Shown here piece by piece: positions 1 to 11,884 of a stretch of 64,000 bases of DNA; position 1 is the first letter of the stretch; each line of letters opens with the position of its first letter. The notes below the pieces were generated by a model that searched no databases, had not been told where the DNA came from, and saw only the letters and a program-made list of their open reading frames with translations. The position numbers and the translations under genes were made by a program. Source of the DNA: Azolla caroliniana. Lineage: Eukaryota > Plantae > Polypodiophyta. The stretch covers positions 19,158,001 through 19,222,000 of the forward strand of contig JBHGNT010000005.1 in the NCBI GenBank assembly GCA_043228905.1. Reading direction: 5' to 3'.

Positions 1-960
1 CCTGTCTCAGAGAACAAACTAAAATAAATATATGTTAAGTAGTAAAACTGCATATGATACCAAATATGCTCGTTAGCTAAGAATATAACACTGTTACGTT
101 AGATGGATCGAGACACATGAGTTGATCCATGATAGAGAGTCCTCCAAAGCAAGCATCTTAGTTGTCAGATGATAATGGTCTAGATCTGTCAATAAAACGT
201 GTGATAGGACTGTGGTCTCAGATGAAAATGGCTTATGTATATAACATAATTGCTATTGCCCAATTTATTGTAACCCCGTTTGAAATGTTGTGGTTGAGAC
301 TCTAGTTCTGTAGCACATGATTGACGTGTAGCATGTGAGGGGGTGCGGTGATGGTTCTAAGGAAATTGTGAGTGTTCTGTGCTGTTGTGTGGGTTTTTTG
401 ACATAATTTTGGCCTTCAGCAACATTTCTCTTGTGAACGTGTTAAGATGTGTTTGGAGGGAAAGTTTGAAAGAAAATATAACTTTCTGTTTGATATTGCA
501 ATGGGCCTTTCATAGCCACCATTTCAGAAGAAGAGTCCTAGCTCTTAACAGAGACCAAAAGTATCACTTGTTTTCATGCAGGAAATATGGAAGCTGGTGT
601 TCATTTCGAACCTTATGTGTGCATTCTGGGACATGTCAGTTCATGCACCTAGAGAAAGGAGTAGTTTTAGCCACAAAGTTTCCCAGCATATCTATGTGCA
701 AGATCATTGAACTGGACTGCTGTTTCTGGAAAGGTATGTTCTCCGTCCAATGATGGAACAAAACCCTAAACCTTGGGGTTTAGTTGTTAATTTTAAATCT
801 CTTTCTGAGTTGTTAAAATCTGTTTCTTGGGAGAGTCGGAAAAGAAAACATGCAAGCTGTTGACGTTTTTGTGGCATTGTTCATAAAATTGCAGATTCTC
901 CCATAGTGACACTGTATATTCTGGGTTGTGAATTCTTGATCTGCTGTGAGAAATAAGGTT

Positions 961-3900
961 ATGGATTCTGAAGCCGAAAACCTTTGCTGTGAAACTACCT
1001 GCACTGCTGCTATGGAGAACAGGGAGAATATGGATGTGGAAGGAGGATTTATTCCTCTTGGAGAGGAACACCATCACATTAATAATGAATCCAAAAGGAT
1101 GCTCTTGCAAGATTTAGATCGATCCCAGGATAAAGTGAAAGCATTAGAAGAGCTCAACAAAAGAATTTCGCAGACTCTCAAGTCAGAGGAGATGGCCTGG
1201 AAGAATGAGAAAGATGAACTTCTGAATCTTTTGGCCAGCTGTGAAAACAATCTAAATGAGGTGACAGAGAAAGCAAAAGGGCTTACAGAAAAGCTTTCGA
1301 GGGCTGAATGTGCTGTGGAACACCTGACAAAATCCAAGGAGAAACTTGTGGAAAACGCTTCTAAAAGGGAAATGGAGATGCAACAACTTGTTGATAGGCT
1401 CACAGAAGCAGAGTTTGCTCTTCAGGAGAAGATTTCAAAAGAAACATCAGCATTGAAAGATTCATTACTGGAGAAGGACAAGGTGATCATGAATTTGAAA
1501 GCCCAAAGAGCTCACATAGATAAAGAACATAATGAGATGGATTCTGTGATTCAAGAGCTTCAAGAATTTAAGTCAATTGTAGATGACCTCAGGAATATGC
1601 TGGATCAAGAGCAGAAAAAGTTTACATCTCTGGAAAACCTTAGGAAAAGGGACATAGAACGATTCACCCAACAAGAGATGAGTTGGAAGAATGAAAGAGA
1701 GGAAATTGTCAGAAATTTAAGTAATTTGCATGATGATCTAAGTTTAAAGGAAGATCATGTGCAACAACTCAAGGATAAACTTTCATTTGCTGAAGATGCA
1801 ATGAAGCATATGACAGAGTCCAAGTCTTCTCTTATAAGTGAAGTCTCCAAGCTCAAAACAGAGATGCAACAAACTTACTTGCAACTGAAAGCTGCAGAAT
1901 CCACCATTGAATCACTAGAGAAATCAAAAGAGAATGATGCACGTTTCTCATCAGAACTCCTGGATGTGAAAACAAGAGAGATAGAAGCTTTACACCATGA
2001 AATTGTGCAACATCAAGGGCAGATCATGACGATGGCTGCAGATATAGCATCTTTGAAAGATGTCCAGCTGATGCATGCCTCTTGTGAAGATTTGTTGGAA
2101 AAGAAAGAAGAGGAAATATCGGCCATGTCTTTATCTCAAGAGAACTCCAGGTATCAGTTAAAGACCTTGCAAGAGGAGTACAATAGAAACACCGAGAATC
2201 TTGCAGCTGAGCTGGATAGGAATTTGGAATTAAAAAATGCAGCAGAAAGCAGGTTGGCGGAAGTGAAAGCTGAATTGGAAAGGACACACGTGGCTCTTGA
2301 GAAAACGCAAGTCGCAAGAACAGAATTAAAAGCTGAAATGGAAAAGGTTATGGATACCCTTGTTGGGCTAGAAGAGGAAAAGTCGATGCTGATGCAACAG
2401 AACTTACAGTCTCATGATTTAAGAGAAGCATCCATACAATATGCTGAACTGTGTGAACTTCACCAGAAGTCATTATTGCAATGGTCTGAGAAAGAAAGTA
2501 GCTGGATGATGGAAAGGGACAATTTTCTTTCTCAGATAGAGATGATTGAGGAAAAACTTGCAGATAAGGAATGTAGTCTGCAGACTACCTTGTCTGCATT
2601 CCATACCTTGAAATCTAGCTATGAACGTCTTGAACAGAAACTTGCAACAAGTGATGAGCAGAATGCCCAATCTCTTAGGCAACTAGATGAAATGAATGCT
2701 CTGCTTGAGTTGAGGAACCGTGACTTTAAAGATTTGGAAGCCAAGCTCTCCTTCACCTCTTCTGCTCTTACGGCAGTATTACAGGAAAAAGAATGTATTC
2801 TTACACAGGCAAAAGAGAAGATGGGAGCACTGGAATCAGAGATGCTTTTAAATGCTAAAGAAAGTGAGAAGCTTAGTTTTCAGACAGAATCTTTGAAGGA
2901 AAATGTGCGTATGTATCAGCAGAAAATTGAAGACATGGAGCAGAACATGATTCACATAAATAGAGCTCTCTCTGAAAAGACGCTAGAGATTTCAAGCGTC
3001 ACTGAAAGAAAGGATTCAATGGAGACAGAGCTTCTTGCCACTACTGAAGAGTTAAGACTTGCTAAAGATAAAATTGAAGTGCAGACGAAAGAGTTGAGAG
3101 AATGCATTGTGGTGTCTGATCAGAAACTTCAGCAGACCGTTGAATTGATGCACAAGAAGGAAGAGGAAATCAAGGAGTTATTGATTTCATTAGAAGACAA
3201 AGAATCCACTATTAATGAGCTCAGTACAACAAAGGGAGCCCTGCTAGAAGAAAATGGAATATTTAAGCAATCTGTTAAAGCCTTGCAGGAGAAGGCAGAT
3301 ATGCTTTCATTAGAGCTTGATAATGAGAAAAGTAATGCAGAGAGGCTTTTCAGAGTTGTTGAAGAAAAGGATTTTATGATTGCATCGAAGATTGAAGAGT
3401 TGGGTAATTTACAAAAAATGTTGGATAGTTCTATGGCATCACAAGATAGCATAGCCAGTTATGAAGAGAAAGTCAAGGAATTGGAGGAAAATGTTGTAGA
3501 GGCTACCATGTGCCTGCAGGAGAAGGAAGAAAGGTTAATTGCTTCTGAATGGGCAGTCCAACAGCTTGCCAATGAAGTTTCCAAGGCGAAAAATAGTCTA
3601 GCTCAGAAAGAGAGAGACGAAGTGCTACTTCAGAATCGGTTGTCGGATATGGAAAACCATTTGAAGGCCAAAGAAAATGAAGTCACGGAAATCAATGGTT
3701 ATGTGCAGAAACTTCTAAAGAAAAACTCTGCTAAGCATTCTGAGGTTGATAAATTGAGTCAAGCTTTTGAAAAAATGCAAGAAAAAGAAACCCAATGGAA
3801 AGTAGAACGAGAAACACTGGTGGCTGAAATTGAACAAATCGGCATTGCACTGGAAGCTAAGATAGGAGAATTGTCGTTTGCTGAGGAACAAATAAATCAA

Positions 3901-6900
3901 AAGCTAGAGAAAGAGCACATGATGGAAGGTGCTATCCAGAGCTTAAAGTCACAGCTCACAAACTGCTCTCAATTACTAGAAGACGAGCAGTCCAAATGCA
4001 AACTGCTGCTTCACGATCTGGAAAAAGCACAATGTAATGAAAGATCAACAACACAGATTTTAAAAGAGGTTGAAAGAAAGCTGGCCGAATCTGATAAGAT
4101 AGGCACAGAGAAGGTTCAGAAACTAGAGGCTAGCTTAGTTGAAGCACGTGAAGAATCGCTGTCTACCACCTCCAACCTGCTGAAACTTGAAGCAGATCTC
4201 CTTGCTTCCCTTCATGAGGTGACATCTGAAAAGGAGAAAAGGGCTGCATTGTCTCAAGTAGCATCTGCAAAGGAAGGTGCTCTTAAGGATTTGCAGCATA
4301 GTTTTGACCTTTTGCAAGAACAGTTCAAGGAACAGAAAATGCTGACTGATGAGAAAGATATGGAACTAAAGTGCCACATGGACAAGGAGAGAATATTAAC
4401 TGAAAAATGTTCTCTTGTTGAAGCTCAACTTCAAGACATGCAGATGCATTTCGAGAGTATGCAAGAACAAACTGCAATGCTCACAAGCAAAGTTCATACA
4501 ATGACCACTGAAACATCTGCAAAAACAGAAGAGATAGAACAACTTAAACAAACAGAGAAAAACATGCAAATGGTGCTTCATGAAAGAGAAAATCACATTA
4601 ATAAGCTTCTAGAGGAGTTGGAAAACTCTTTTAGAAGTATGCACGGCAAAGAGGCTGACATAAATCTTGCAAGACAACTATTAAGCAATGCAGAAATTGA
4701 TTTGATAAAGGCAAGAGAAGAAATACACAATAAAAATGAAGCGCTCTGTGAAGCTTTAGTTAGGTTGAGAACTGCTGAAGAAAATTGTCGAACTTTGGAA
4801 GGGAAGATGGAGCGAATGCAGGCAGAATTAGAGGGTACGATTGTATCTTTGAGAGCACGCCTAGAAGGGGAACTTCAGGAAAAGCAGAATATGTTTGAAA
4901 TATCAAATGCAGAATGGAAGTCTGCAGTAGATGAATTGAATTCTGAGCTAGAGGCTTATTACAGAAATGAGTCTTCTGTGGAGGCTCAGGTGGTGGCTCT
5001 AATCAGCACCATGAAAGATATGCAATTTCTGTTGCATAAAGATGAAGGGCTTTGTGCGTTGAAAACTATGCTAGATTTAGAGGATATGGATTTATGCCAT
5101 ACGGGTAGTGCTGTTGAACCAAACGATAAGAACTTGGAGGTTGCAGAAATGGTTGTCTGTGACCCCAGACAGCTGCAACCAGTGGTATATGAAGACAAAC
5201 AAAAGTTTAAAGGAACCTCTCTACTTCAAGAATTACAGATGGCAGTGAAGGAACTGCAATTAGAACAACATAGGAGGAGAGATAGAGAAGATATTATTCT
5301 TCAAAAGACAAAGGATGCTCTGTTGAAGCTACTTGAAAAGGAAGGACAGATTCAAGAGCTGGTAAATGAGATACAATATCATAAAAAACGGGAGGTAGAA
5401 TGCACAGAATGGGTCGAGAAAATCCTGAGTTCACAGCTTGAGCTTGAGAAGGAAGTGAAAATGGCTATGACTTCAAGTCATCCAATAGGGTTTGCTGAGC
5501 TTCATGTCTCACAGTGGCAGAGTGATATTTCACAGTTTCATTTACAAATTGCAGCTTCAAGGCAGGAAATAAGTCAGCTCGGTGGCAGATGGAAATTGAT
5601 AATTGAAGCATATCAACAGCACACCTTGTCAGCGATACGCTCGATCCGTCAAGAACTTGAAAAGAATTCCATGTGTCAGGAAAAACATGGTGACACTCAA
5701 GCACTTTCCACTTCTTTCACAAGGGAACTCGATGAGGAGCTAATGCTATTGAAAGTAGGAGTGGTAGCATCAATTCAACAAAAAGACACAGAACTGGCAG
5801 ATGTAATGATGAAGGCGGAAAATCTGCAAAGAATTCTTCAGGAGAAGAAAGACAAGGAAAATGCTTCACATGGAGTTATATTAAAAATGCAGCTCCTACT
5901 GCGAGATTCATTAAAGCATCTTGGCCAATTTCAGTGTGGCAATACACTTCCTATTGATATGTATGATGAGCTGGGGAGTTCTGCGGAGGGATCTGATTTC
6001 TCTGTTTGGAGTGTAGAACTAAAGAGGGCTTCTCTTCTTGCTGAAAAATTGAAGCAACAGATAAAACTCGTCGAGGAAGAAAGAAACACAGAGTTAACTA
6101 CATGGATGGATAAAGTAGAAAGTGCGGTAGACCAGAATAATGCCCTGGCTGAAGAACTTGCATTGGTAAAACTTACTGTTGAATCTACTCACCTTATGAT
6201 GTCAGATCTACAAAATTGGAAGGCAAAAGCTGAGGCAGCAGGAAAGGAAGCATGCAGCCTGAGGTTGGAACTGAGACAGAAATGTGATGCTATTGACAAT
6301 ATGCAACTTTGTATTAAGAACAAGGAAGAAGAACTGTTGTGTATTCAATCAAATTTGGAGGCTGTGAATGCAAGCAAAGAACATGTAGATACAAAACTTG
6401 AATTTGCAGCCAATGAAATTTGTAGATTGGAAAAAGTAGTGGGCAATTTGAAAGACGAGCAAACTTTCCTCAAGATGAAGCTTGAGGAATGTAAAGAGCT
6501 TGGGAGTGCCTTGGGAAAAGAAGTATGTGCATTGAAAGAGAAGCAAGCTTCCCTTGAGATGGAACTTGAGGAGTGGAAAGAGGCAGCACATCAAGCTTCT
6601 CATGATAAAACAGCCCTCGAATCAGACTTAACTGAAGCTCAAAAAGCTGTTGAACTGCTTGTGAATGATAAGGATAGTCTTCAATCCGAATTGAAGGCAG
6701 CTCGGGGACAACTTGCAAATGATACGGCTACTCTTCTATCAGATTTAACTGCAGCTCGACTCACTGTGGAGCAGCTTGAGAGTGATAAGACTATTCTTCT
6801 AACACAGTTAACCACAGCTCAACATGCCATGAACCAATTTGAGAATGAGAAGGCTATAATTCAGTCAGAGAAAAATGCAGCTGAACATGCCATGAACCTA

Positions 6901-8844
6901 CTTGAGAATGATAAAGACACACTTATGTCAGAGTTAACTGCAGTTCAACATGGCATGGAACAACTTGAGGTTGAAAAACAGTTGCTTCAGCTTGAGCTGC
7001 ATGATATGGGTGTGAAAATTAAATTAAGTACAGAAGAAAACTCTGAATTAAGATCAAAGCTTGAGGGCACCACAGAGAAGCAAACATCATTTGAGATAGA
7101 GCTTGAGAAATGGAAAGAGGCAGCTTCCCAAGCTTCACATGATATAATGACCCTTCAATCAGACTTAACTGCAGCTAGACGTGGCATGGAACAGGTTGAG
7201 AGTGATAAGAACACTCTTTTATCAGAGTTAAATGCATCTCAGCATTCTATGAGGGGACTTGAAGATGATAAGGTTAATCTTCTATCACAACTAAATGCAG
7301 CCCGACTTTCCATGGGACAACTTGAGGATGATAGGATTAATCTGATATCAGAGTTAAGTGCTGCACGAAATGCTATGGAACAGCTTGAGAATGATAAGCA
7401 CCAGCTACAACATGAACTTCATGATATGGATGTGAAAATCAAATTAAGCATTGAAGAAAACAGTGCATTAAGATCAAAGGTTGAGGTTGCTACAGATTTA
7501 CAGAAGAAACTGGAGGCAGCTGACAGAGAAAGATTGCACCTTCAAAACTTGTGCCAAAAACTGGAGGCAGATCTTATATTCGTTCAAGCTGAAAGTGGAA
7601 AGAGGGAAAGAAGCGCATTGTCCATGATCCAAGCAAGCTCCTCGGAAAATAGGGTCAGGGTTGAATCAAGGCTGTTAGCTCTCTATGAAGCTCTGACAAA
7701 TGATGGCGATGATAGTGACCAGGCGACAAGTAGCCTGCTGGGAAGAAAGGATGTATCATTGGCGTCAACTGCAGTTAATGGTGCTACGAAAGATACAGAA
7801 CAGCAGAGTGGTGATCTAGATAATTATGTCCATCTCTGCGACTCTCTCATAAGGTACATGTATATTAGTTCAAGCTTTAGTAGTATAATTATGATGCTCA
7901 TATCTAATAATGTGTTTGGAGTTGGAGAAAATATAACTAACATTTCTGGGTTTTGTTGGTTGCAGGAGGCATGCTAGATTGGAAAAGCAGCTTGACAACT
8001 TGACCAAAAGGTACATAATTGAAAGTTGGAAGTTCTTTATATACTTATTCAATATATATGGTGGTTGTCCATATATCTAATATTGTCAAATCACAGTGTA
8101 TCTCCACAATGCCAGCATGCAGGGGACTTATCTCCAGCAACTGATCAAGGTTTAACAGCAAGGTATGCACAAGAAGACTAGTCACATTGTCATCTCTGAT
8201 GCTTGATATCAACATCAATATGTAGCTAATACAGGACAAGCTGTGTTAAGTGCATCGCATTATCATTTTCTGATACTTGATGTCAGCATTGTAGCTAATG
8301 TAGATACCAGCCATGGATAATGAGTACATCACACTGTCATTTTCTGATGTTTGGTGTCAACCTCATTATGTAGTGAACAATGGTATCACATTATTATTAT
8401 TTTTCTCTTCTACCTAAACCTCATCAATGTGTAGCTAACATCAATACAATCCATTGTACAGTGCATCACATTGTGATATTTCTGTAGTTGATGTGAACAT
8501 CATGAATATGTAGCTAACATAGGTACAATCCATTGTCTAGTGCATTCCGAGAGGAGCAGATGGAGTTGGTAGATAGAGCCAAAGGGGAAGACAACCGAAA
8601 GAAGATCAAGAGGGGAGGAATGAGCAGTGAATCAGAGTCTTATGAAAGGATGCCCCTTCAGCCAATATCATCTCAAGTTGGTGTCATTGGTCGGACCCCG
8701 AGCCCGTGTGCAAAAAGGCGGCGAAGCAATAGCAGCAGTAGTAAGACCTTGAAGGATCAGAATGACTCTCCTACAACGTCCATCATCGTGCCATCTCAAG
8801 ATCTTGCTTGTGTCCAGAAGACTTTGTATTTCCCAGAGGATTGA
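961..8844 (+). CDS. Very large coiled-coil protein (~2413 aa), 3 coding exons: 961-7853, 7966-8010, 8541-8844
   Basis: A 2343-codon E/K/L/Q-rich heptad ORF with first ATG at 961 and an in-frame TGA just upstream at ~938. Donor AG|GTACAT at 7854, acceptor TGCAG| at 7965, donor AG|GTACAT at 8011 and acceptor TCTAG| at 8540 join in frame (..LIR-RHARLEKQLDNLTK-SAFREEQ..) to the 8533-8844 ORF. The tail carries basic clusters RKKIKR and KRRR. Upstream non-coding exons are possible (e.g. 582-733). Confidence 0.85.
8180..8545 (+). repeat. Degenerate ~75-80 bp tandem repeat in intron 2 of the coiled-coil gene
   Basis: Recurring TCACATTGTCAT..TCTGAT..TTGATGTCAAC..TGTAGCTAA(C/T) units, with GTAGCTAA at ~8222, 8291, 8431 and 8510. 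Confidence 0.7.
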
Positions 8845-8918
8845 AGGACAGTGAACGTGTGTACGTTCTCTTCTCAATCTACATTTTTGAGACTTCTTTT
8901 GGGTTCTCATCAAAATGT

Positions 8919-8920
<2 letters not shown>

Positions 8921-8978
<58 letters not shown>
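8921..8978. repeat. (CT)n/(CTAT)n microsatellite
   Basis: Directly visible run 3' of the stop codon. Confidence 0.95.
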
Positions 8979-9680
8979 AATAAGCCATATGCATGTCCTT
9001 TTATCTCCTAAAATTCATGCATATTATGTATAGGCTGTCTTCTTCTTTTTGATTGCGCATGGGCTCTGTATTGTAATATTTTTGCATGTTCCTTGGTTTC
9101 TCATTACATCTTCAAGAGCTTCTTGAAGGATGAAAATTGTTTGAGATTTTCTCCTATCATTGAAACATTGTATGTTTTTTCCATTTTTATTCAATGCAAA
9201 TTGAGAGATTCACTTGACAAATAAACATATGGGGGATATTGTTCTTTTTACTGTCTAAATGTTTGTTGAAATTCTTTGTACATAATTGATCAAAGAATTT
9301 TTTATATATGGTTGTTCATCCTATGTTATAGGATTCTATTCTGTTCTATAATTGTCACACTTCCAAATGGAAGTAAAACATTTCTTTTATCTTCGAGAAG
9401 CTCAAATTGTCGGGTGAGAATGCAAAGCATCATAGAACACTATACCCGAGAATTATTTAGTTGTGTGCATTCAAAGTTGCCTCTTCCAACCCTTTTGCCA
9501 GCCATATTATCCACTCATCAAATTCACAAATAATTGATTAAACATGCATGCTAACTGAGTGTTTTTTGAAAATTTTCTGTTAGAGTGAATGCATGAATGA
9601 GGGCTTTATCAATCGATGTGAAGACTGTATAAAAGAGAAGGGATCTTAATTTGAAAGATTGGGAGTTTTGGTGTTCCTAT

Positions 9681-9901
9681 CTACACTTGGAGATTTTACA
9701 TGAGTTCTGTTTGTTGTAATGTATTGAGAGCCAAACCTTTAACCTCAATTGTTGTACCTCTTTAAGGGTCTTGTCCCTCAATCCACTCCTCGCTACCTAC
9801 ACTTGGAGATTTTACATGAGTTTTGCTTGTTGTAATGTATTGATAGCCAAACTTTTAACCTCAATTATTGTACCTCTTTAAGGGTCTTGTCCCTCAATCC
9901 A
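9681..9901. repeat. Two-copy direct repeat, period 116 bp
   Basis: CTACACTTGGAGATTTTACATGAG...GTCCCTCAATCCA at 9681-9785 and 9797-9901, with few mismatches. Confidence 0.9.
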
Positions 9902-10161
9902 GTGTTTTGTTTAATTCTTTCCTTGCTTTTCCTTGCTTTCTTGTTTATTGTGTTAAAGCTTTAGTGTTTATATTTAATTGATTCAGTGTTGAATGTAGAG
10001 TTTGCTTGCTTGTTTAAAAGTATTTTCTAGTAATCTTAGGAGTGGAGTAACACCTATTCCTACTTGTCTCTCCAACAATAAAATAGATGTCTAGGGCATT
10101 GCTCAAAGCCTTTGGTTGGCTTTTCCTTAAACTCATGTGGCGAGAGAATTCCCATAACTTG

Positions 10162-11670
10162 CATAGAACGTAATATTCGTGTTCGTGCAAGCATTCGAAC
10201 GTTTGAAAACAAACGCGTTTGAAAAAGGGAAAAATAGATACTCGTTTTTTATCCTTCTTTTCATTTACCAACATTATATATTTAGGTCACCCTAGTGGTA
10301 AGGAGTCGTGCTATTGTTGTCTATGTCTTGGTTTCAATGCCCAATTTTCTCATCTCTCTCTCTCATTAGTACCATGTCACAACAAAATTTTATGTTAATG
10401 TTATAATAGTTTTTCTTTTTTTTTCTTATCATTAGAACTAAGCACAACCTAGTGGTAAGTTGCCATGCTACTATTACTTGTGTCTTGGGTTTAATTCCTA
10501 ATTTTCTCATATCCTCTTGTCATGTTAATGTTATAATAGTTTTTCTTTTCTTTTCTTATTGTTAGAACTAAGCACAACCTAGTGGTAAGTTGCCATGCTA
10601 CTATTACTTGGGTCTTGGGTTTAATTCCTAACTTTCTCATATCCTCTTGTTAGTGTCATGACAAAATTTTATGTTAGTGTCATGTTCCTTTTTCTTCTTT
10701 TTCTTTCTTATTAGAAATTAGCTCACCCTAGTGGCAAGTTGTTATGCTACTATTGTCTTTGTCATGGCAAAATTTTATGTTAGTGTCATATTCCTTTTTT
10801 CTTTCTTTCTTTCTTTCTTTCTTATTAGAAATTAGGTCACCATAGTGGTAAGTTGTTATGCTACTACTGCCTATGTCATGTTTTCTTTATATTCTCGAAT
10901 ATACGTTTTATGAGTTTTTTATCGTTTCTTTTTTTAAAAAATATTTTTCTATCTTTGTTATTAGAAATTAGGTCACCCTAGTGGTAAGTTGTTATGCTAC
11001 TACTGCCTATGTCATGTTTTCTTCATATTCTCGAATATACGTTTTATGAGTTTTTGAACATTTGATTATAATTTATAATGTGGTAAGTTGTTATGCTACT
11101 ACTGCCTATGTCATGTTTTCTTCATATTCTCGAATATACGTTTTATGAGTTTTTGAACATTTGATTATAATTTATAATGTGGTAAGTTGTTATGCTACTA
11201 CTGCCTATGTCATGTTTTCTTCATATTCTCGAATATACGTTTTATGAGTTTTTGAACATTTGATTATAATTTATAATGTGGTAAGTTGTTATGCTACTAC
11301 TGCCTATGTCATGTTTTCTTCATATTCTCGAATATACGTTTTATGAGTTTTTGAACATTTGATTATAATTTATAATGACATATTTCGATTCAATCTCTAT
11401 AGTTCATTTTTTTGAAGTGAGGATGATAGAGATGTCTTGATTCTTAAGAAGCATGCCAAAAGTATGCATGTGATACAATGCAAATATTGCAACCATACTT
11501 ACATTGGTGGTTCACAATGGATAGAGTCCGCTTATTGGGATTGAGAGTGAATCAATATATAATATAGACCATAGTCAATCCAATCCAACTTTGAGATGAT
11601 TTACCATACACGTTTGATTGAATCATTCTCGAATGCGAACACCCGTATGATACGTATGGTTCATTCTATG
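10162..11670 (+). mobile_element. Probable non-autonomous hAT derivative with internal tandem repeats and a BED zinc-finger remnant
   Basis: Ends CATAGAA (10162) and TTCTATG (11670) are inverted, with shared subterminal motifs (GTGTTCG, GCATTCGA, CAAACG). 11470-11545 reads IQCKYCNHTYIGGSQ then, after a frameshift, LLG, like hAT BED fingers (CxxC...GG..R...HL.G). No clean 8-bp TSD. Confidence 0.55.
10981..11376. repeat. Four near-perfect 99-bp tandem copies, preceded by ~6 diverged related units (10280-10980)
   Basis: GTGGTAAGTTGTTATGCTACTACTGCC... starts at 10981, 11080, 11179 and 11278. Related CCTAGTGGTAAG units lie at ~10290, 10448, 10578, 10727 and 10840. Confidence 0.95.
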
Positions 11671-11884
11671 CCCATAAGTGTATAAGAAGCACTTAGATTG
11701 AAAGGGGGCTTGACAAAACTCTAAATTGATTTTCTAAAATAAAATCTAATAGGTTTTGGTCTGCAATCAACCTAAGATTTCTCTTCGTATTTTTAGTTGC
11801 ATGATTATAGTTGAAAGTTCTATAATCACTAAATAATTAAATTAATTTTGATAAATCTCGTAAGTTTAATTTCTTAGTTTACTA

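Noticed and set aside
1074-6718. Several antisense ORFs within the coiled-coil exon
   Set aside because: They are shadows of a biased E/K/L/Q coding strand, S/F/L-rich with no motifs.
7854-7977. Hydrophobic end of the 2343-aa ORF as a transmembrane anchor
   Set aside because: It is read-through into intron 1. Good splice sites at 7854 and 7965 continue the coiled-coil frame.
10981-11376. Regular repeat array that might be taken for CRISPR
   Set aside because: The units are contiguous identical 99-mers with no unique spacers, there are no cas genes, and the context is eukaryotic.
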